Of a DNA stretch of 64,000 nucleotides, positions 1 through 13,654 are shown in pieces. Under the pieces are notes generated by a model that searched no databases, had not been told where the DNA came from, and worked only from the letters and a program-made list of their open reading frames with translations. Source of the stretch: Hemiscyllium ocellatum (lineage: Eukaryota); the NCBI RefSeq assembly GCF_020745735.1, contig NC_083427.1, positions 3,999,438 to 4,063,437 of the forward strand. Reading direction: 5' to 3'. Both the position numbers and the translations under genes were made by a program. Every line of letters begins with the position of its first letter. Position 1 is the stretch's first letter.

Positions 1-432
1 TTATCCGATCCATGCCCCTCATGATGTTATAAGCCTCTATAACGTCACCCCTAAGCCTCCGACGCTTCAGGGAAAACTGTCCCAGCCTATTTCAACCTCT
101 CCCTATAGCTCAAATCCTCCAACCCTGGCAACATCCTTGTAAGGCAGAAGTGGGTACTGCAGATGCTGGAGTTTAGAGTGGTGGGGAAAAGCACAGCAGG
201 TCAGGCAGCATACGAGGAGCAGGAAAAATCAATGTTTTGGGCAAAAGCCCTTCATCAGTCCTGACATCCTTGTAAATATTTTCTGAACACTTTCAAGTTT
301 CACATCATTCTTCCAATAGGAAGGAGACCAGAATTGCACGCAATATTCCAAAAGTGGCCTAACCAATATCCTGTACAGCCGCAACATGACCTCCCAACTC
401 CTGTACTCAATACTCTGATCAATAAAGGACAG
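1..432 (-). mobile_element. CR1-clade LINE ORF2 3' fragment
   Basis: Translates LYRILVRPLLEYCVQFWSP. Confidence 0.85.
140..260 (-). mobile_element. Family A copy inside a CR1 fragment
   Basis: ctgatgaagggcttttgcccaaaacatt on the minus strand, a CpG-decayed core. Confidence 0.7.
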
Positions 433-711
433 TATAACCAGACAGCTTATGCACAATTGCTGCCCTTTGTGTAACTTTCTAAAGCTCTATGCAAATGCAG
501 TTCAATTGAACAATCATTCTGTCCGTGTAACTGGTTAAAGCTCTTTCCACATTCAGTTAACTGGAACTCTCTCACTCAGCTGTGTCTGTGTCTCGGTCCT
601 TTTCCGGTCTGATGACAAACATACTAACTATACCTCTTATAATCACATCAAAATCATTACTAGTCCAGAGATATTACCACAATCCCACCATAATCTAATT
701 TTTAAAAATTT

Positions 712-1020
712 TATTAGATTCTCCTACAGTGTGGAAACAGGCCCTTTGGCCCAACAAGTCCACACAAATCCTCCGAAGGGTAAACCATCCAGACCCATTT
801 CTCTCTGAATAATGCACCTGACACGATGGGGCAATTTAGCATGGCCAATTCACCTGACCTGCACACCTTTGGACTGTGGGAGGAAACCGGAGCACCTAGA
901 GGGGACCCACACAGACACGAGGAGAATGTGCAAACTCCACACAGACAGTTGCCCCGAGCTGGAATGGAACCCGGGTCCCCGGTGCTGTGAGGCAGCAGTA
1001 CTAACCACTGAGCCACCGTA
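712..1020 (-). mobile_element. tRNA-derived SINE (HE1-like)
   Basis: A box tggctcagtgg, B box ggttccattcc, tail gggcctgtttccacactgta with (tctaa)n. Confidence 0.85.
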
Positions 1021-1146
1021 GTGGAAACATCTTCTCCACATCTACTTTATCCAGGCCTCTCAGCGCTCTAAGTTTCATTCAAACCAATTCATCTCCTTAG
1101 TCAAGGGTAAGTAGAGAGTAATGGGAAATGGGTTGGGGTGGGATAC

Positions 1147-1602
1147 TGCTAGGACGGGCTACCGTCCCCGTGTTCGTTTGAAGGAGAGAAACACTGGATC
1201 TGATTCAAAATATAAGCTGTTTACTGAGAGAGAGCCGTACACAAAATACAGTGAGGTGTTTTCAGATCACTGGAGAAGGCGCCTTCTGAAATCTTTCCAA
1301 AACCCCTGCTTGATATATTGTTCGCTAAGCTAACGCTACGTAATCACTCACACACGTGATCTCTCACAGACAAAGGCCTCCTGTGAACAGGCCTCGGCCT
1401 TGGCAGGTATCCACGAGATGGTCTGTCTCGTAAACAAGGTCTCCGAGTAAAGGCTGCCATTGTATTGGTCTGACCTTGGTAGTCCAGCTGCACAGGCAGT
1501 TTCGGTAAACAGTCCAAACAACAGCTCCGCAGCGCCCCCCGATTTCCCAAGCAGCAACTACAGTTCTACCCTCCCTAGGCCTATTAGATATACATCCCAA
1601 CA
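1147..1602 (-). mobile_element. Solo LTR (456 bp)
   Basis: TG...CA termini (tgctagga / tcccaaca); 5-bp TSD gatac at 1142-1146 and 1603-1607; splits a SINE tail. Confidence 0.78.
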
Positions 1603-2154
1603 GATACTCTTCGGAGAGGTCGGTATGGATTTGTTGGGCCGAAGGGCCTGTTTCCACAGTGGAGGGATTCTATGAGAATACCCCACTCCGCTAGGCGACA
1701 ATGGAAATTAGATTTTAGACTTGGGTTTTATTTGTCTGTCTGCTCAAATACTCGGTCCTAGATGTATAGTGGAAAGTGTACAATGGCGCCATCTTGGGGA
1801 CAAAGTACCCAGGTACAAAATCTTAGTCAAAGTTAAAAATCACACAACACTAGGCTATATTCTGGATTAGTGGTGCTGGAAAAGCACAGCAGTTCAGGCA
1901 GCATCCAAGGAGCAGGAAAATAGACATTTCGGGCAAAAGCCCTTAGGTCTCTTTTATATCTTTCCGCTCCCACCCTAAACCTATGGCCCCGCCCCCAGGG
2001 AAAAGACTTTGCCTATTTACCCTATCCATGCCCCTCATAATTTTGTAAACCTCCATAAGGTCACCCCTCAGCCTCTGCCGTTCCAGGGTAAACAGCCCCA
2101 GCCTGTTCAGCCTCTCCCTATTGTAAATCTTCTTCAGGAATGGAGGTGGGGGTG

Positions 2155-2285
2155 CCCTGATGAAGGGCTCTTGCCCGAAACGGCGATTTTCCCTGCTCCT
2201 CGGATGCTGCCTGAACTGCTGTGCTTTTCCAGCACCACTAATTGCAGAATCTGGTTTCCAGCATCTGCAGTCATTGTTTTTACCT
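2155..2285 (+). mobile_element. Family A copy
   Basis: ctgatgaagggctcttgcccgaaacggc...ccagcatctgcag; an inverted partner lies at 1860-1943. Confidence 0.72.
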
Positions 2286-2749
2286 AACACTAGGCTATAG
2301 TCCAACAGGTTTAATTGGAAGCACTAGCTTTCGGAGCGCTGCTCCTGTTGGACTGTAACCTGATGTGGTGTGATTTTTAACTTTGTCCACCACAGTCCTA
2401 TAGCTGCTCCTCCAAATCATACAGACTTCCTAAGCCACGGGCCTGCAGACACTAGAGCCAGGCCTTCCCTAAGAGGTCTCTCTCTCTCCTCTGCGTTTGG
2501 GTAAACTATCACCCGCACTGGGCTAAGACCCACTTGTGCTTGCCGGCTGCCTTCACCAAGGACCGCCTCCATCGGGTAAGTCAGGCTTTGCCACCATCGT
2601 TCACGACTGGCTGCTGCCTTGCCGCCTGTACCCACCTATCACCAGCTCGCCACCCCTCACCCCTCCCACAACCCTAACCCCCATCCCTCTATCTGCAACA
2701 CCACCCCAACCCCCCTCCCCTTACCCCACCTCCATTCCAGAAGAAGACT

Positions 2750-3187
2750 TACAATAGGGAGAGGCTGAACAGGCTGGGGCTGTTTTCCCTGGAGCGTCGG
2801 AGGCTGAGGGGTGACCTTGTAGAGGCTTACAAATCATGAGGGGCATGGATACAGTAAATAGACAAAGTCTTTTCCCTGGGGTTGGGGAGTTCAGAACTAG
2901 AGGGCATAGGTTTAGGGTGAGAGAGGAAAGTTATAAAAGAGACCTAAGGGGCAAGCTTTTTCACACAGAGGGTGGTACGTGTATTGAATGATCTACCAGA
3001 GGATGTGGTGGAGGCTGGTACAATTGCAACATTTAAGAGGCATTTGGATGGGTATATGAATAGGAAGGGTTTGGAGGGATATGGGCCGGGTGCTGGCAGG
3101 TGGGACTAGATCGGGTTGGCATATCTGGTCTGCCTGGACGGGTTGGACCGAGGGGTTTCCGTGCTGTACATCTCTATGACTCTATAC
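2750..3187 (+). mobile_element. CR1-clade LINE 3' end
   Basis: ORF2 C-terminus plus tail gtgctgtacatctctatgactctat. Confidence 0.85.
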
Positions 3188-3867
3188 TGACAACATCCCC
3201 ACCTCCCTGATGCTGCCTGGCTTGCTGTGCTCTGCTGGAGTAGTTTGGATTCAAGCAGCTGCAGCTTTGTCTTGTCCCTCCGGCCATCCGGCCTCACGCC
3301 GGGCCCTCTCTGCTGCCGCGGCCTGGTGCTGCGGTGTCCCACTCTGGTACCGACGAAGCAGCGATGCTACCAAGAGACATGGCCATCCTCGACTTGTCCC
3401 ACAGTCCAGTCGAGAAGGTTAAGAAACGACCCTTTCCCTCAGCGCCAAGGAGGGATTTCGGATAACAAGAAGCGGAAATTGCTGGAAAAGCTCAGTTCTG
3501 AGGAAGGATAACTCTCTTGATTTCTCTTCATGGATGCTGCCAGACCTGCTGAGGGGTCGGTGTGGATTTGTTGGGGCCGAAGGGCCTGTTTCCACACTGG
3601 TGAGAGTCCATGAGAAAAGTCCCACCCTGATGGGCGACAATGGAAATGAGATTTTAGATTTCAGCTTTATTGTTCTGTCAGCTGAAATACTTGGTCCCAG
3701 AGCACAGTGGAAAGTATACTGCAACTTGTGCTTTTGTTCCTGATTTACATCATCTGCAGTTCTTTCGGTTTTTTAAGGGATTAAGGATGACCGATTTGAA
3801 AGGGACATGGACAGGAACCTAAGTCATGAGTACAATTGGTGAATGTGGGTGATCTTATGTGATAGTT

Positions 3868-4205
3868 ATAATTAGAATCCCTACAGAGCGGAAACAGACC
3901 CTTCCGCCCAACAGGTCCACACAGACCCTCCAGAGGGTAACCCACCCACACCCATTCCCCCACCCTATATTTGTCCCTGACTAATGCCACCTAACCTACA
4001 CATCCCTAGGGCAACTTAGCATGGCCAATTCACTCTAACCTGCACATCATTGGTTTGTGGGAGAAAAAGCAGAGCACCCAGAGGAAACCCACGCAGCCAC
4101 GGTGGGGAGGACGTGCAAACTCCACACAGACAGCTGCCCTGAGGCTGGGATCGAACCCAGGTCCCTGGCGCTGTGAGGCAGCAGTGCTAACCGCACAGCC
4201 ACCCT
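3868..4205 (-). mobile_element. tRNA-derived SINE (HE1-like)
   Basis: Same head, core and tail as 712-1020. Confidence 0.82.
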
Positions 4206-4792
4206 AGAAGAGACTCTATGGAGCTGGAGCACAGATTTTGTGGACAAGGTGAACAACTGGGAGGACGTTAAAGGAGATGGGAAGAGAGACTGAACGAAGA
4301 CGTCGGTTCAGGGTCTTGCATGTGAGAACATTGGAGAATGTTTGCTCGGGTGGGCTCGTGGAAGAGGGGGAAAACAGCTGATCAGATTGTCTCAACACTC
4401 GTCACAGAAGAATCTCCGTCAGCCTTTTCCACCTTTTGGAGACAGCAGGGAGAGGCAGAACCCTTCTCGAGGATAGCATTAGAACATTACCGCGCAGTAC
4501 AGGCCCTTCGGCCCTCGATGTTGCGCCGACCTGTCATACTAATCTGAAGCCCGTCTAACCTACACTATTCCATGTACGTCCACATGCTTGTCCAATGGCG
4601 ACTTAAAAGTTGGCGAATCTACTACCGTTGCTGGCAAAGCATTCCATACCCTTCCTACTCTGAGTAAAAAAACTACCTCTGACATCTGTCCTATATCTAT
4701 CACCCCTCAGTTTAAAGCTATGCCCCCTCTTGTGCTCGCCATCACCATACTTGGAAAACGGCTCTCCCTGTCCACCCTATCTAACCCTCTGA

Positions 4793-5300
4793 TCTAGTCC
4801 CACCTGCCAGCACTCGGCCCATATCCCTCCAAACCCTTCCTATTCGTATACTAGCCTCCACCACCTCATTCCATACATGTACCACCCTCTGTGTGAAAAT
4901 GTTGCCCCTTAGGTCTCTTTTATATCTTTTCTCTCTCACCCTAAACCTATGCCCTCTAGTTTTGGACTCCCCCACCCCAGGGAAAAGACTTTGTCTATTT
5001 ATCCTATCCACGTCCCTCATAATTTTATAAACCTCTATAAGGTTACCCCTCAGCCTCCAGGGAAAACAGCCTGTTCAGCCTCTCCCTATAGCTCAAATTC
5101 TCCAACTCTGGCAACATCCTTGTCAATCTTTTCTGGACCCTTTCAAGTTTCACAAAATCATCTTTCCGATAGGAAGGAGACCAGAATTGCACGCAATATT
5201 CCAACAGTGGCCTAACCAATGTCCTGTACAGCCGCAACACGACCTTCCAACTCCTGTACTCAATACTCTGACCAATGAAGGAAAGCACACCAAATGCCTT
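4793..5300 (-). mobile_element. CR1-clade LINE fragment
   Basis: LEYCVQFWSP and SRTRGH-type motifs. Confidence 0.85.
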
Positions 5301-5699
5301 CTAGTCACATTCAAAGATTTATGTCCATACACTCCCAGGTACAATTCAAATGGTATTGTTCAGTTTATCCTGCTCCTCTTGCTTCTATAATCCCATCATT
5401 TAAATCATGACCTTGTTTTATTAAGAGACAGAAGATCAGCGAAAATATTACAATGGAAGAATGGCACTGAGGTGTGAGCAAGCACAAAAGCAGCAATGTT
5501 TTGGTTCATGTTAAGTTTCCAGGTGGGAGTGGGGTAAATGCAAAAGGTTGGCCAGGAATGTTTCGGATTCAAGAATATTAAAAGTGACATGGACACGGAT
5601 GACAGATTCAGCCCCAGGTGAGATGGGGGGGGGGGGATTGGAGACTGATGAAGTTCTGCAAATTAAAACGTCTGGTTTTCGCAACGAGGCGGGGGGGGG

Positions 5700-6020
5700 T
5701 TAAGCTGTCAGCACTCACCGAAGACGACACGCACATGGTGAACAGAGACATTCACCTTCAGGGAGAGGGATTGATTGTTTTTACTCATTGAAGGTTAATA
5801 GCTTTGGTCTTCCACATTTTAATTGTAGGACAATTCTACGAATCCAGTAGCAGTGTCAGATAAGCAGTTTGATCATTTTAGTCACAGTGGAGGAATGGTG
5901 GGGAGATAGAGCCGGATATTGTCAGGGTACATGTGAAAACTAACACTGGGCTCTTGGCTGATGTCACCTAATGGCAGCATGGAGATAGATCCTTAGGGAA
6001 TGCCCAACTACAAAGACTTG
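5700..6020 (-). mobile_element. Ancient L2-like LINE RT remnant
   Basis: Minus strand atgtaccctgacaatatccggctctatctc resembles YADDTQLY; similar decayed pieces at about 32990-34300. Confidence 0.45.
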
Positions 6021-6518
6021 GGAGAGGAAAGGGAAGGTGGAGCTAGGGTGGGTGTTTGTAAGGATCATTAAAGACGACAGAGACAGTACTAGATACAGAC
6101 AGCTCTGACTCTCTGATGGCTGTTTTGTGTGGAAGTCTATCAAAAGTCTTTGGAAAGTCACGGACACAATACCATCAGCTTTGCCACCATCAACCCTCTC
6201 TGTTTCTTTACAAAACATAAGTTGATTGCCTCTTCAAAAGAACGAGTATTTTAATCATATATATTTTTACCTTATGTAAGTAATACTATTTTTTTCTTAA
6301 TTACTAGCATTTGTCCATATCATTTTTAATTTTATCCAATTTCTTGTTTCCAATTTTCACAACCATCGAAGCTAAAATAATTGACCAAGGATGAAACATT
6401 TACAATACTCCAATTTTCTGGCCCCACTGCTAAAGTGTAAGGGATCTGAAAAATCTGCATTTTCTGCACTCTCACTTCCCTCAGTATTTGTAGATGGATT
6501 TCATGCAGTCCTGATACG

Positions 6519-6826
6519 GAGCAGCACAGTGGTTAGCACTGCTGCCTCACAATGCCAGGGTCCCAGGTTCGATTCCAGCCTCGGGTGACCCACTGTGTGG
6601 AGTTTGCACATTCTCCCTGTGTCTGTGTGGGCTTCCTCCGGGTGCTCCGGTTTCCTCCCACAGTCCAAAGATGTGCAGGTTAGGGTGAATTGGCCATGCT
6701 AAATTGCCCACAGTGTTAGGCGCATTAGTCAGAGGGAAATGGGTCTGGGTGGGTCACTCTTCGGAGGGTCAGTGTGGACTGGTTGGGCCAAAGGGCCTGT
6801 TTCCACACTGTAGGGAGTCTAATTTA
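6519..6826 (+). mobile_element. tRNA-derived SINE (HE1-like)
   Basis: cagtggttagcactgctgcctcac...ggttcgattcc...gggcctgtttccacactgta. Confidence 0.85.
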
Positions 6827-6945
6827 ATCTATTAACTTTACGCAGAGCCAAGCTAACTGACACTTTGTTATCTGGCATTCATATCTGTTCCTTACTAATT
6901 ATAAAGCATCCCACTGTCCGAATTCTCAAAGCTTAGCTACAGCAG

Positions 6946-7815
6946 TTACTGGTGAACGCGCTGGTGTCTCAGCAGGTGCGATAACTGAGGGAATCCCTTC
7001 CCACACTCGGGGCAGGCGAACGGTCTCTCCCCGGTGTGGACGCGCTGGTGCACAGTAAGTTGCGAGGATCGCCTGAAGCCAGCCCCACAGTGAGAGCAAA
7101 TGAACGGTCTCTCGTCGGTGTGAACCCGTTGATGAGACATCAGGTCGCTGGAGCTCTTGAAGCACTTCCCGCAGTCTGAGCATTTGAAAGGTCTCTCATC
7201 GGTGTGAACCCGCTGGTGCCTCAGCAGGTCGGACGACACCGTGAAACCCTTCCCACATTCGGAGCAGGTGAAAGGCCTCTCCCCGGTGTGCACTCGCTGG
7301 TGTAACAGCAGGTCGGAGGACTGAGTGAATCCCTTCCCGCACGTGGAGCAGGTGAACGGCCTCTCCCCGGTGTGAACTCGCTGGTGTTTGAGCAGGTGGG
7401 ATGACTGAGTGAAGCCCTTGCCGCACTCCGAGCAGGTAACCAGCCACTCCCCGGTGTGGACCCGCTGGTGCGTCCGGAGTTTGGAAGGGGCAGTGAAGCC
7501 CTTCCCGCACGTGGAGCAGGTGAACGGCCTCTTGCCGGTGTGACTGCGCCGATGGGTCTCCAGCTGTGACTGGGAAATGAATCCCTTCCCACAGTCCCCG
7601 CACTTCCACGGTTTCTGCCCGGTGTGACTGCACTGATGTTCGGACAGGTCGGATGACTGGCTGAAGGCTCGCCCACACTCGGGACACGTGTACGGTTTCT
7701 CCCCAGTGTGGCAGCGCTTGTGCCTTAACAGGTCGGACGACTGGCTGAAGCCTCGACCGCACTCCGAACATGTGTACGGCTCCTCTCCAGTGTGAGCGGC
7801 GCCCTTTCCTTCCAT
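6946..7815 (-). CDS. C2H2 zinc-finger protein, 10 fingers
   Basis: Ten CxxC...HxxxH repeats with TGE(K/R)P(F/Y) linkers. Likely start is the ATG at 7815 (MEGKG), matching the N-M-E-G start of the paralogs; the ORF-track start at 7890 is a GTG. Splice acceptor tttcacag ends at 7908. Confidence 0.92.
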   Translation of the reverse strand: MEGKGAAHTGEEPYTCSECGRGFSQSSDLLRHKRCHTGEKPYTCPECGRAFSQSSDLSEHQCSHTGQKPWKCGDCGKGFISQSQLETHRRSHTGKRPFTCSTCGKGFTAPSKLRTHQRVHTGEWLVTCSECGKGFTQSSHLLKHQRVHTGERPFTCSTCGKGFTQSSDLLLHQRVHTGERPFTCSECGKGFTVSSDLLRHQRVHTDERPFKCSDCGKCFKSSSDLMSHQRVHTDERPFICSHCGAGFRRSSQLTVHQRVHTGERPFACPECGKGFPQLSHLLRHQRVHQ

Positions 7816-8429
7816 GTTCAAAACCCAACAACTCTCGGGTTGCAATAAACCGGCTGACGTCTCGGTGGATTGAGATTCCCAGCTCCACACCCTCTCCTGC
7901 TGAAACCCTGTGAAATCGATTCAACACCCAACAAGTCAGGTTTGAGAGCACCCGCAAAAACACAAAGGCAGGATGTCAAGTTGAGCTGAATGAATCGAGG
8001 CCGGCAAACACGTCTCCTCTTAGTCTCGAGGTCACCCAAAACTGCCTGTGTGAGACTAACATCGAGTCTTCTTCACCCATCACCCTCTGTGCTCAGTAAC
8101 CTAGGCTCCCAAGTTAAGAAGCACAGAGGTTTTCAAATTCTCATCCATCTTTCCCATTGTGGTTATGGTCATGCCTTTCTCTGTAAGCTCTTCCAGCTCT
8201 ATAACCCTCCCGAGATGTCTGCGCCAGTCTTAATCCCGGCCTCTTTAACAATTCCTAACCGGACTCTGAATTTCCTCTCCCTGACCATCTCTCACTTTCT
8301 CCCTGTAATAAATCCCTGAAAGCATTCACTATGTTGTTGGTCACTGGGTCTAATATCTCCTCATAGATACAAATGTTGCTGATTATGTTTTGGTGAAGAC
8401 CATAAGATACGGGAACAGAAATAGGCGGT

Positions 8430-8548
8430 AGTATGTACTGCCGATGCTGGAGACTAGAGTGGTGCTGGAAAAGCACAGCGGGCCAGGCAGCATCCGAGGA
8501 GCAGGAAAATCGATGTTTCGGGCAAAACATCCTGATGGTTCATCAGGA
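8430..8548 (-). mobile_element. Family A copy
   Basis: gatgctggagactagagtggtgctggaaaagcacagc...tttcgggc...ttcatcagg. Confidence 0.68.
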
Positions 8549-9659
8549 ACCATCATCGGGCACAGAAATAGACCATTTGCCCTATCAGATCTGCTCTGCC
8601 ATGGCTACGTTTCTCAAACCCATTCTCCTGCCTTCTCCCTGTAACCCTTGGTCTCCTTGCTAATATAGAACTGACGTATCTCTGACTTAAAGACACTCAA
8701 TGACATGGTATCCACAGCCTTCGGTGGCAATGGGTTCCACAGATTCACAGCCCTCTGCCTGAGGAAATTCCTCCTCATCTCAGTTCTAAAGGCTCATCCC
8801 TTCACTCTGAGGCTCTCCTATGAACGGAAACATCATCGTCACATCCATTCCGTCCAGACCTCTCAGTATTCTGTAAGTTTTAATGAGATGACCACCTCAT
8901 CCTTCCAAACTCCACTGTGTACAGACCGAACCCTCAGCTGCTCCTCACATGACAAGCTCTTCACCCCCAGGATCATTCTTGCAAACCTCCTCTGGATCCC
9001 CTCCAAAGCCCAGCCCATCCTTCCCTAAATAGACGGCCCAAACCTGAAAGACCTTGAACAGTTTTATTATGTGGGAGGTGCTAAATAAATACCCTTTTCT
9101 GTTGGTGATTTTACCTTAGTCCTGTTCTTTCCCCACCGCTGGGTGAATATCTGTAACTCCTTATCTAACAGCATTATGGGAGGGGATTTACAACACAGAC
9201 TGCAAAAGTTCAAGTAGTTGGTCTGGTCTTGCTAGTGGTTCTCAAATACCCAGAATAATGCTTGAAAATATGTCAATATAAAGCATATGTTTAAAAATTT
9301 CCCACTGTTAAAACAACACCCTTTCACAGTGTCTCTTTAATTGTCCCTGTAACCTTTCTTCCTTTGATAACTTCACATTGGAATCTAGCCAGCCCCAGCT
9401 ATTTCCAAAGTCCTCGGAGTTGAACTAAGCAGCTTCTTCTTGACCTCCAGTCAAAGGCAAACTGCGACAAAGGCATTCAAAGGGAATTAGATAAACACCC
9501 AAAGTCAAAATGATGGGCTTCAAGCACAGATCAGGGAGTGGAATGAACTAATTAGCTTTAACAAAGAGACATCACGGGCATAAGTTAAATAATCTCTGTG
9601 ACCAACACTCACCCCAATACAAATTGGCTCCGAAATGGTCTCTCTCTGTTTTGAGACTC

Positions 9660-9760
9660 CGTTCTGCTGAATGTCCAGACGCATCAGTGACAGTCAGATT
9701 TTGACGTGATGTTTGGTTTGAGATTCCACTCTGAAGTTACTCATGTAACATTCTGTAAAA
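9660..9760 (-). other. Leader-like exon copy upstream of the 7815 gene
   Basis: ttttacag acceptor followed by ctcaaaccaaacatcacgtcaaaatctgac. Confidence 0.5.
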
Positions 9761-9967
9761 GTGTTTTTATTTAAACAAAAAAAAATTACTACCAGTCCAA
9801 GACGGAAATTCACAAAGCCTATCCCCTTCCTGACCCAGAATGACCATGCTCCCTGCAGAAACATTGCTCGCCACCACCACTCCTTCCAGACCATCGCGGT
9901 CTGCAGTCCCTTGATTCGAGGATGCTTGCTCAAAGTTGCGAATTCCTGTACTGCGTCTTCACATGAC

Positions 9968-10210
9968 TGGGCAACCTTTTCACACAGAGGATGGTACGTG
10001 TATGGAAGGAGCTGCCAGAGGAAGTGGTACAGGCTGGTACAATTGCAACATTTAAGAGGCATTTGGATGGGTATATGAATAGGAAGGGTTTGGAGGGACA
10101 TGGGCCAGGTGCTGGCAGATGGGACTAGATTGGGTTGGGATATCTGGTCGGCATGGACGGGTTGGACCGAAGGGTCTGTTTCCATGCTGTACATCTCTAT
10201 GACTCTCTAT
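9968..10210 (+). mobile_element. CR1 3' end
   Basis: Conserved 3' tail. Confidence 0.8.
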
Positions 10211-10309
10211 TTCTCTCATGTATATTTTAGAACATAGAACAGTGCAGGCCCTTTGTCCCACAATGTGCCAAAGAGTTATGTTAATCTTAGGACAGTATGA
10301 TAATTCAGT

Positions 10310-10760
10310 GAGGCCAATGCAGCCTGAGGGACATGCTGTCTGCATTCTGAATGAGCACAACCCAAGTCCAGCCATTCCAAACAGTGCCCCTTACAAAGAT
10401 GGCGCCCACGCATGCGTGCTACCCGCCCCCTACAAAGATGGCGTCCGCTACCAGGGGCCTACCTCTGGGAGGAAGCCTAGCGGCGTCATTGTCATTTGCG
10501 CAAACGGGGTAACAGGAGGATCTCAGTCGGGTGTTGAAATCTTTTACAAGGTCCTTACCACGCGGCTCCATCCACCCGTCCGATCCATCGGCCGTTTCTT
10601 CCCGCCTGGTCCCTGACACTTCAGCAGCTCAGAAGCAAACACCCCTCCGTCGCCATGACAGGCTCCAGGCGGCGGCGGCCGTGCGCATGCGCGGTATCTC
10701 CCTATGATGACGACATGGGGACACCCCGCACCGCGGGGGTGTCTGGGTAGGCTACCTGTC
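10310..10760 (-). promoter_or_regulatory. CpG-rich promoter, exon 1 and intron-1 module of the 6946-7815 gene
   Basis: GC/CpG-rich; two AAGATGGCG (YY1) motifs; GCGCATGCGC (NRF1) near 10683; minus-strand donor GTAAG near 10555. Confidence 0.7.
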
Positions 10761-10979
10761 AGGTCAAGGAGAAAGAAGAGAATCCAGGTTTGGTTTTGTT
10801 TGTCAACTGGAACATGGAGACGGAGATTAAATATTCATTTCCCCAAATACAATATGATATCCACATGGGCCACAGGCTGGTGCGATAATGTGGCATGCAC
10901 CTCCTATTTTAAGTATCACATGATAATTGCATTTCAGAAAGTGCCCATTGTATTGTGCTGACTCTCAAAAGAGCATCTT

Positions 10980-11545
10980 ACTTACTGCCTTTGGTCAGTG
11001 CATTGAGCAGAGGAGTTAGGTGGTCATCCTGTGGCTCTGCAGGCCATTGGTTAGGCCCCATTTGGTGTACTACTCCAGGATAGATGTTGTTAAATTTGAA
11101 AGGGTGCATAAAAGATTTACAAACTGTTGCCGGGGATGGAAGGTTTGAACGACAGGGAGAGGCTGAACAGGCTGGAGCGTCGGAGGCCGATGAGTGAACT
11201 TACAGTGGTTAATAAAATCATGAAGGACATGGATAGGCTGCACAGCCAAGGTCTTTTTCCCCCAGGGTAGGTTCGTCCAAAACTAGAAGGAATAAGTTTA
11301 AGATGAGAGGGGAAAGATTTAAAAAGGATCCAAGCGGCAACCTTTTCATGCAGACAGTACCGCGTGTATGGAATGAGTTGCCAGAGGAAGTGGTGGAGGC
11401 TAATACAAATCATAACATTTAAAAGGGACCTGGATGAGTATATGAATAGGAGAGGCTTTGGGGGATATAGGCCAGATTTTAGCAAATGGGCCAAGATTCA
11501 TCCGGGATATCTGGTCAGCATGGATGAGTCAGACCAAATGTTTGA
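10980..11545 (+). mobile_element. Degenerate CR1 fragment
   Basis: Similar to other CR1 3' fragments in the window. Confidence 0.72.
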
Positions 11546-11929
11546 GTCAGAGTTGTACAGCATGGAAACAATCTGATCTCCTTTCCACAGTATTTCACAT
11601 TCTTATTCTTTTAAACAACCATCTAATTCCCTTTTCAATACGTCAACTTGAAAAGGGTTCACCATACTCTCTGGCAGTGTATTCCAGAACCTGAACACTT
11701 CAGATAATCTTTGATTATTTTAGTAATCATGTTACATTTGTGCCCTCCTTTTCAATGGGTAAAGACTTTTCCCATATATTCTGTCCAGACCATTCCTGAT
11801 TTTGAACACCTGAGTTAAGGGCATTCACTTGGGAACACAGAAACCGGAAAGGCCATTCAGCCCTGAAGCTAGATTCGGCATTCAGTTAGATCATGGCTGA
11901 TCTGGGACCGAATAAATACATTCAGACCA

Positions 11930-12770
11930 GATTCCTTAACATCTCAGAGTTATACAGCATGGAAACAGACTCTTTGGTTCAACTCATCCAATTCCAACCA
12001 AGTTTCACAAATTAAGCAAATCCCATTTGCCTGCAATTGGCCCATATTCCCTCTTCTATTCATGCTGTTGCTTCTCAAAAATGTATCGTCTCTGGTTTAA
12101 AATCAATTGATCTTATCTCAACCAGTGTTTGTGGAAGAGAATTCCTAATCACTATCACCCCTTGTGTAGAACTGCTTCCTAACATCTCTCCTGACTGGTC
12201 TGGCCCAAACTTTAGATTATGCCTCTTCGTTGTAGAACCAGTAGAATTCTACTCTGTCTTTTCTTATTACTGTAGTATCTTGAAAGCTTCAAACAACTCA
12301 CCCCCTAACCTTATAAATTACAGAGAAAAGAGACCTAATTTGTATAATCTGCCCTCATACTTTAACATCTGAAGTCCAGGTATCGTTGTTGTAAATTTAC
12401 ACTGTGCTCCCCAAAAGGCCTAAGCAGTGGTGTCAAGCTCTGCTGGCAGTACCCCGAGGTTATAACCAGGGTTTGGTATAGCTGCAGCACAATCTCTGCA
12501 GAATTATACTCCAGCCCCTTTAGCCATCTTGATCATTATTTGCACTTTTGTGTCATCTCAAAGATGCAAGCACCTGAACCTCCAGACTTCTCTGGACATT
12601 TAACTTCATACCATCGACAAAATATCTTGGTCTTTCCTTTTCCTTGTCCAAAATGGATGACTTCCCACCTGCCTACAATGAAACCCGTCTGCCAGTTTTG
12701 CACATTCACCGAACCTATCAATGCCCCTTCGTAACTTTGTACTGTCACCGACACTGATTCTATGACTCTC
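11930..12770 (-). mobile_element. Old CR1-clade fragments
   Basis: Minus-strand remnants of W..F...EVIHFG. Confidence 0.6.
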
Positions 12771-13319
12771 CTCCATACCTCTATTGAAAAACGTCTCTGA
12801 TATGTTCAGCTTCTTAAGTACTTTCTGAAGCTGTCCTGACACATTTAATGACCTATATACTCAGATCCCACTGAATCGCCTTTTTGTAAACACACATTTG
12901 GTTACACACAATGAATATTATTGACCAAAGACAATTTTTGTTGAAACTTTCGGTCTTGAGGTTTCCTGCATGGCAAACACCTTCTACCAACCAGATTACA
13001 CTTGCCCACAAATCAGTACTGACCACTCAGGCTAAACAATATTAACATTGGCTTTCCTCTGGAATTGTTGTGATGAGTGCAAGGTGGAAAGTTTTGACAA
13101 AAAATATATTTAGCAATATTTGTACATTAAAAATGTTGGATTCTAAGGAGGCGCACCTCTTGTAATACAGTACATAGTTAGTTTGGTCAAAATATATAAA
13201 TACATAATTGTATCTTATAATTCTGTACCGATGTTCTTGAACAAACATTTCTTTCATTTTATTGTCTGAAGTATTTTACTTGCCCTCCAGGTTAAAGTCT
13301 TCAGAACTCAAAAGAATTA

Positions 13320-13622
13320 ATAGAGTCATAGAGATGTACAGCACGGAAACAGACCCTTCGGTCCAACCCGTCCATGCTGACCAGATATCCCAACCCAATC
13401 TAGACCCACCTGCCAACACCTGGCCCATATCCCCATCTAAATGCCTCTTAAATGTTGCAATTGTATCAGCCTCCACCACTTCCTCTGACAGCTCATTCCA
13501 TACATGTGCTACCCTCTGCATGAAAAAGTTGCCCCTTACGTCTCTTTTATATCTTTCCCTCTCACCCTAAACCTATGCCTTCTAGTTCTGGACTCACCGA
13601 CCCCCAGTCTATTTATCCTACC
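13320..13622 (-). mobile_element. CR1 3' end
   Basis: QRVAHVWNELSEEVVEA plus tail. Confidence 0.82.
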
Positions 13623-13654
13623 CATCTGGCATCTCGGCAGGGATAAAGAACGAA

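Noticed and set aside
6519-6600. tRNA-like A/B boxes
   Set aside because: These are SINE heads followed by SINE core and tail, not tRNA genes.
7196-7963. 255-aa alternative-frame ORF over a ZNF array (also 58411-59241, 31800-32111 and others)
   Set aside because: Shifted frames of C2H2 arrays are often stop-poor because of the repeated codon pattern; there is no independent sign of coding.
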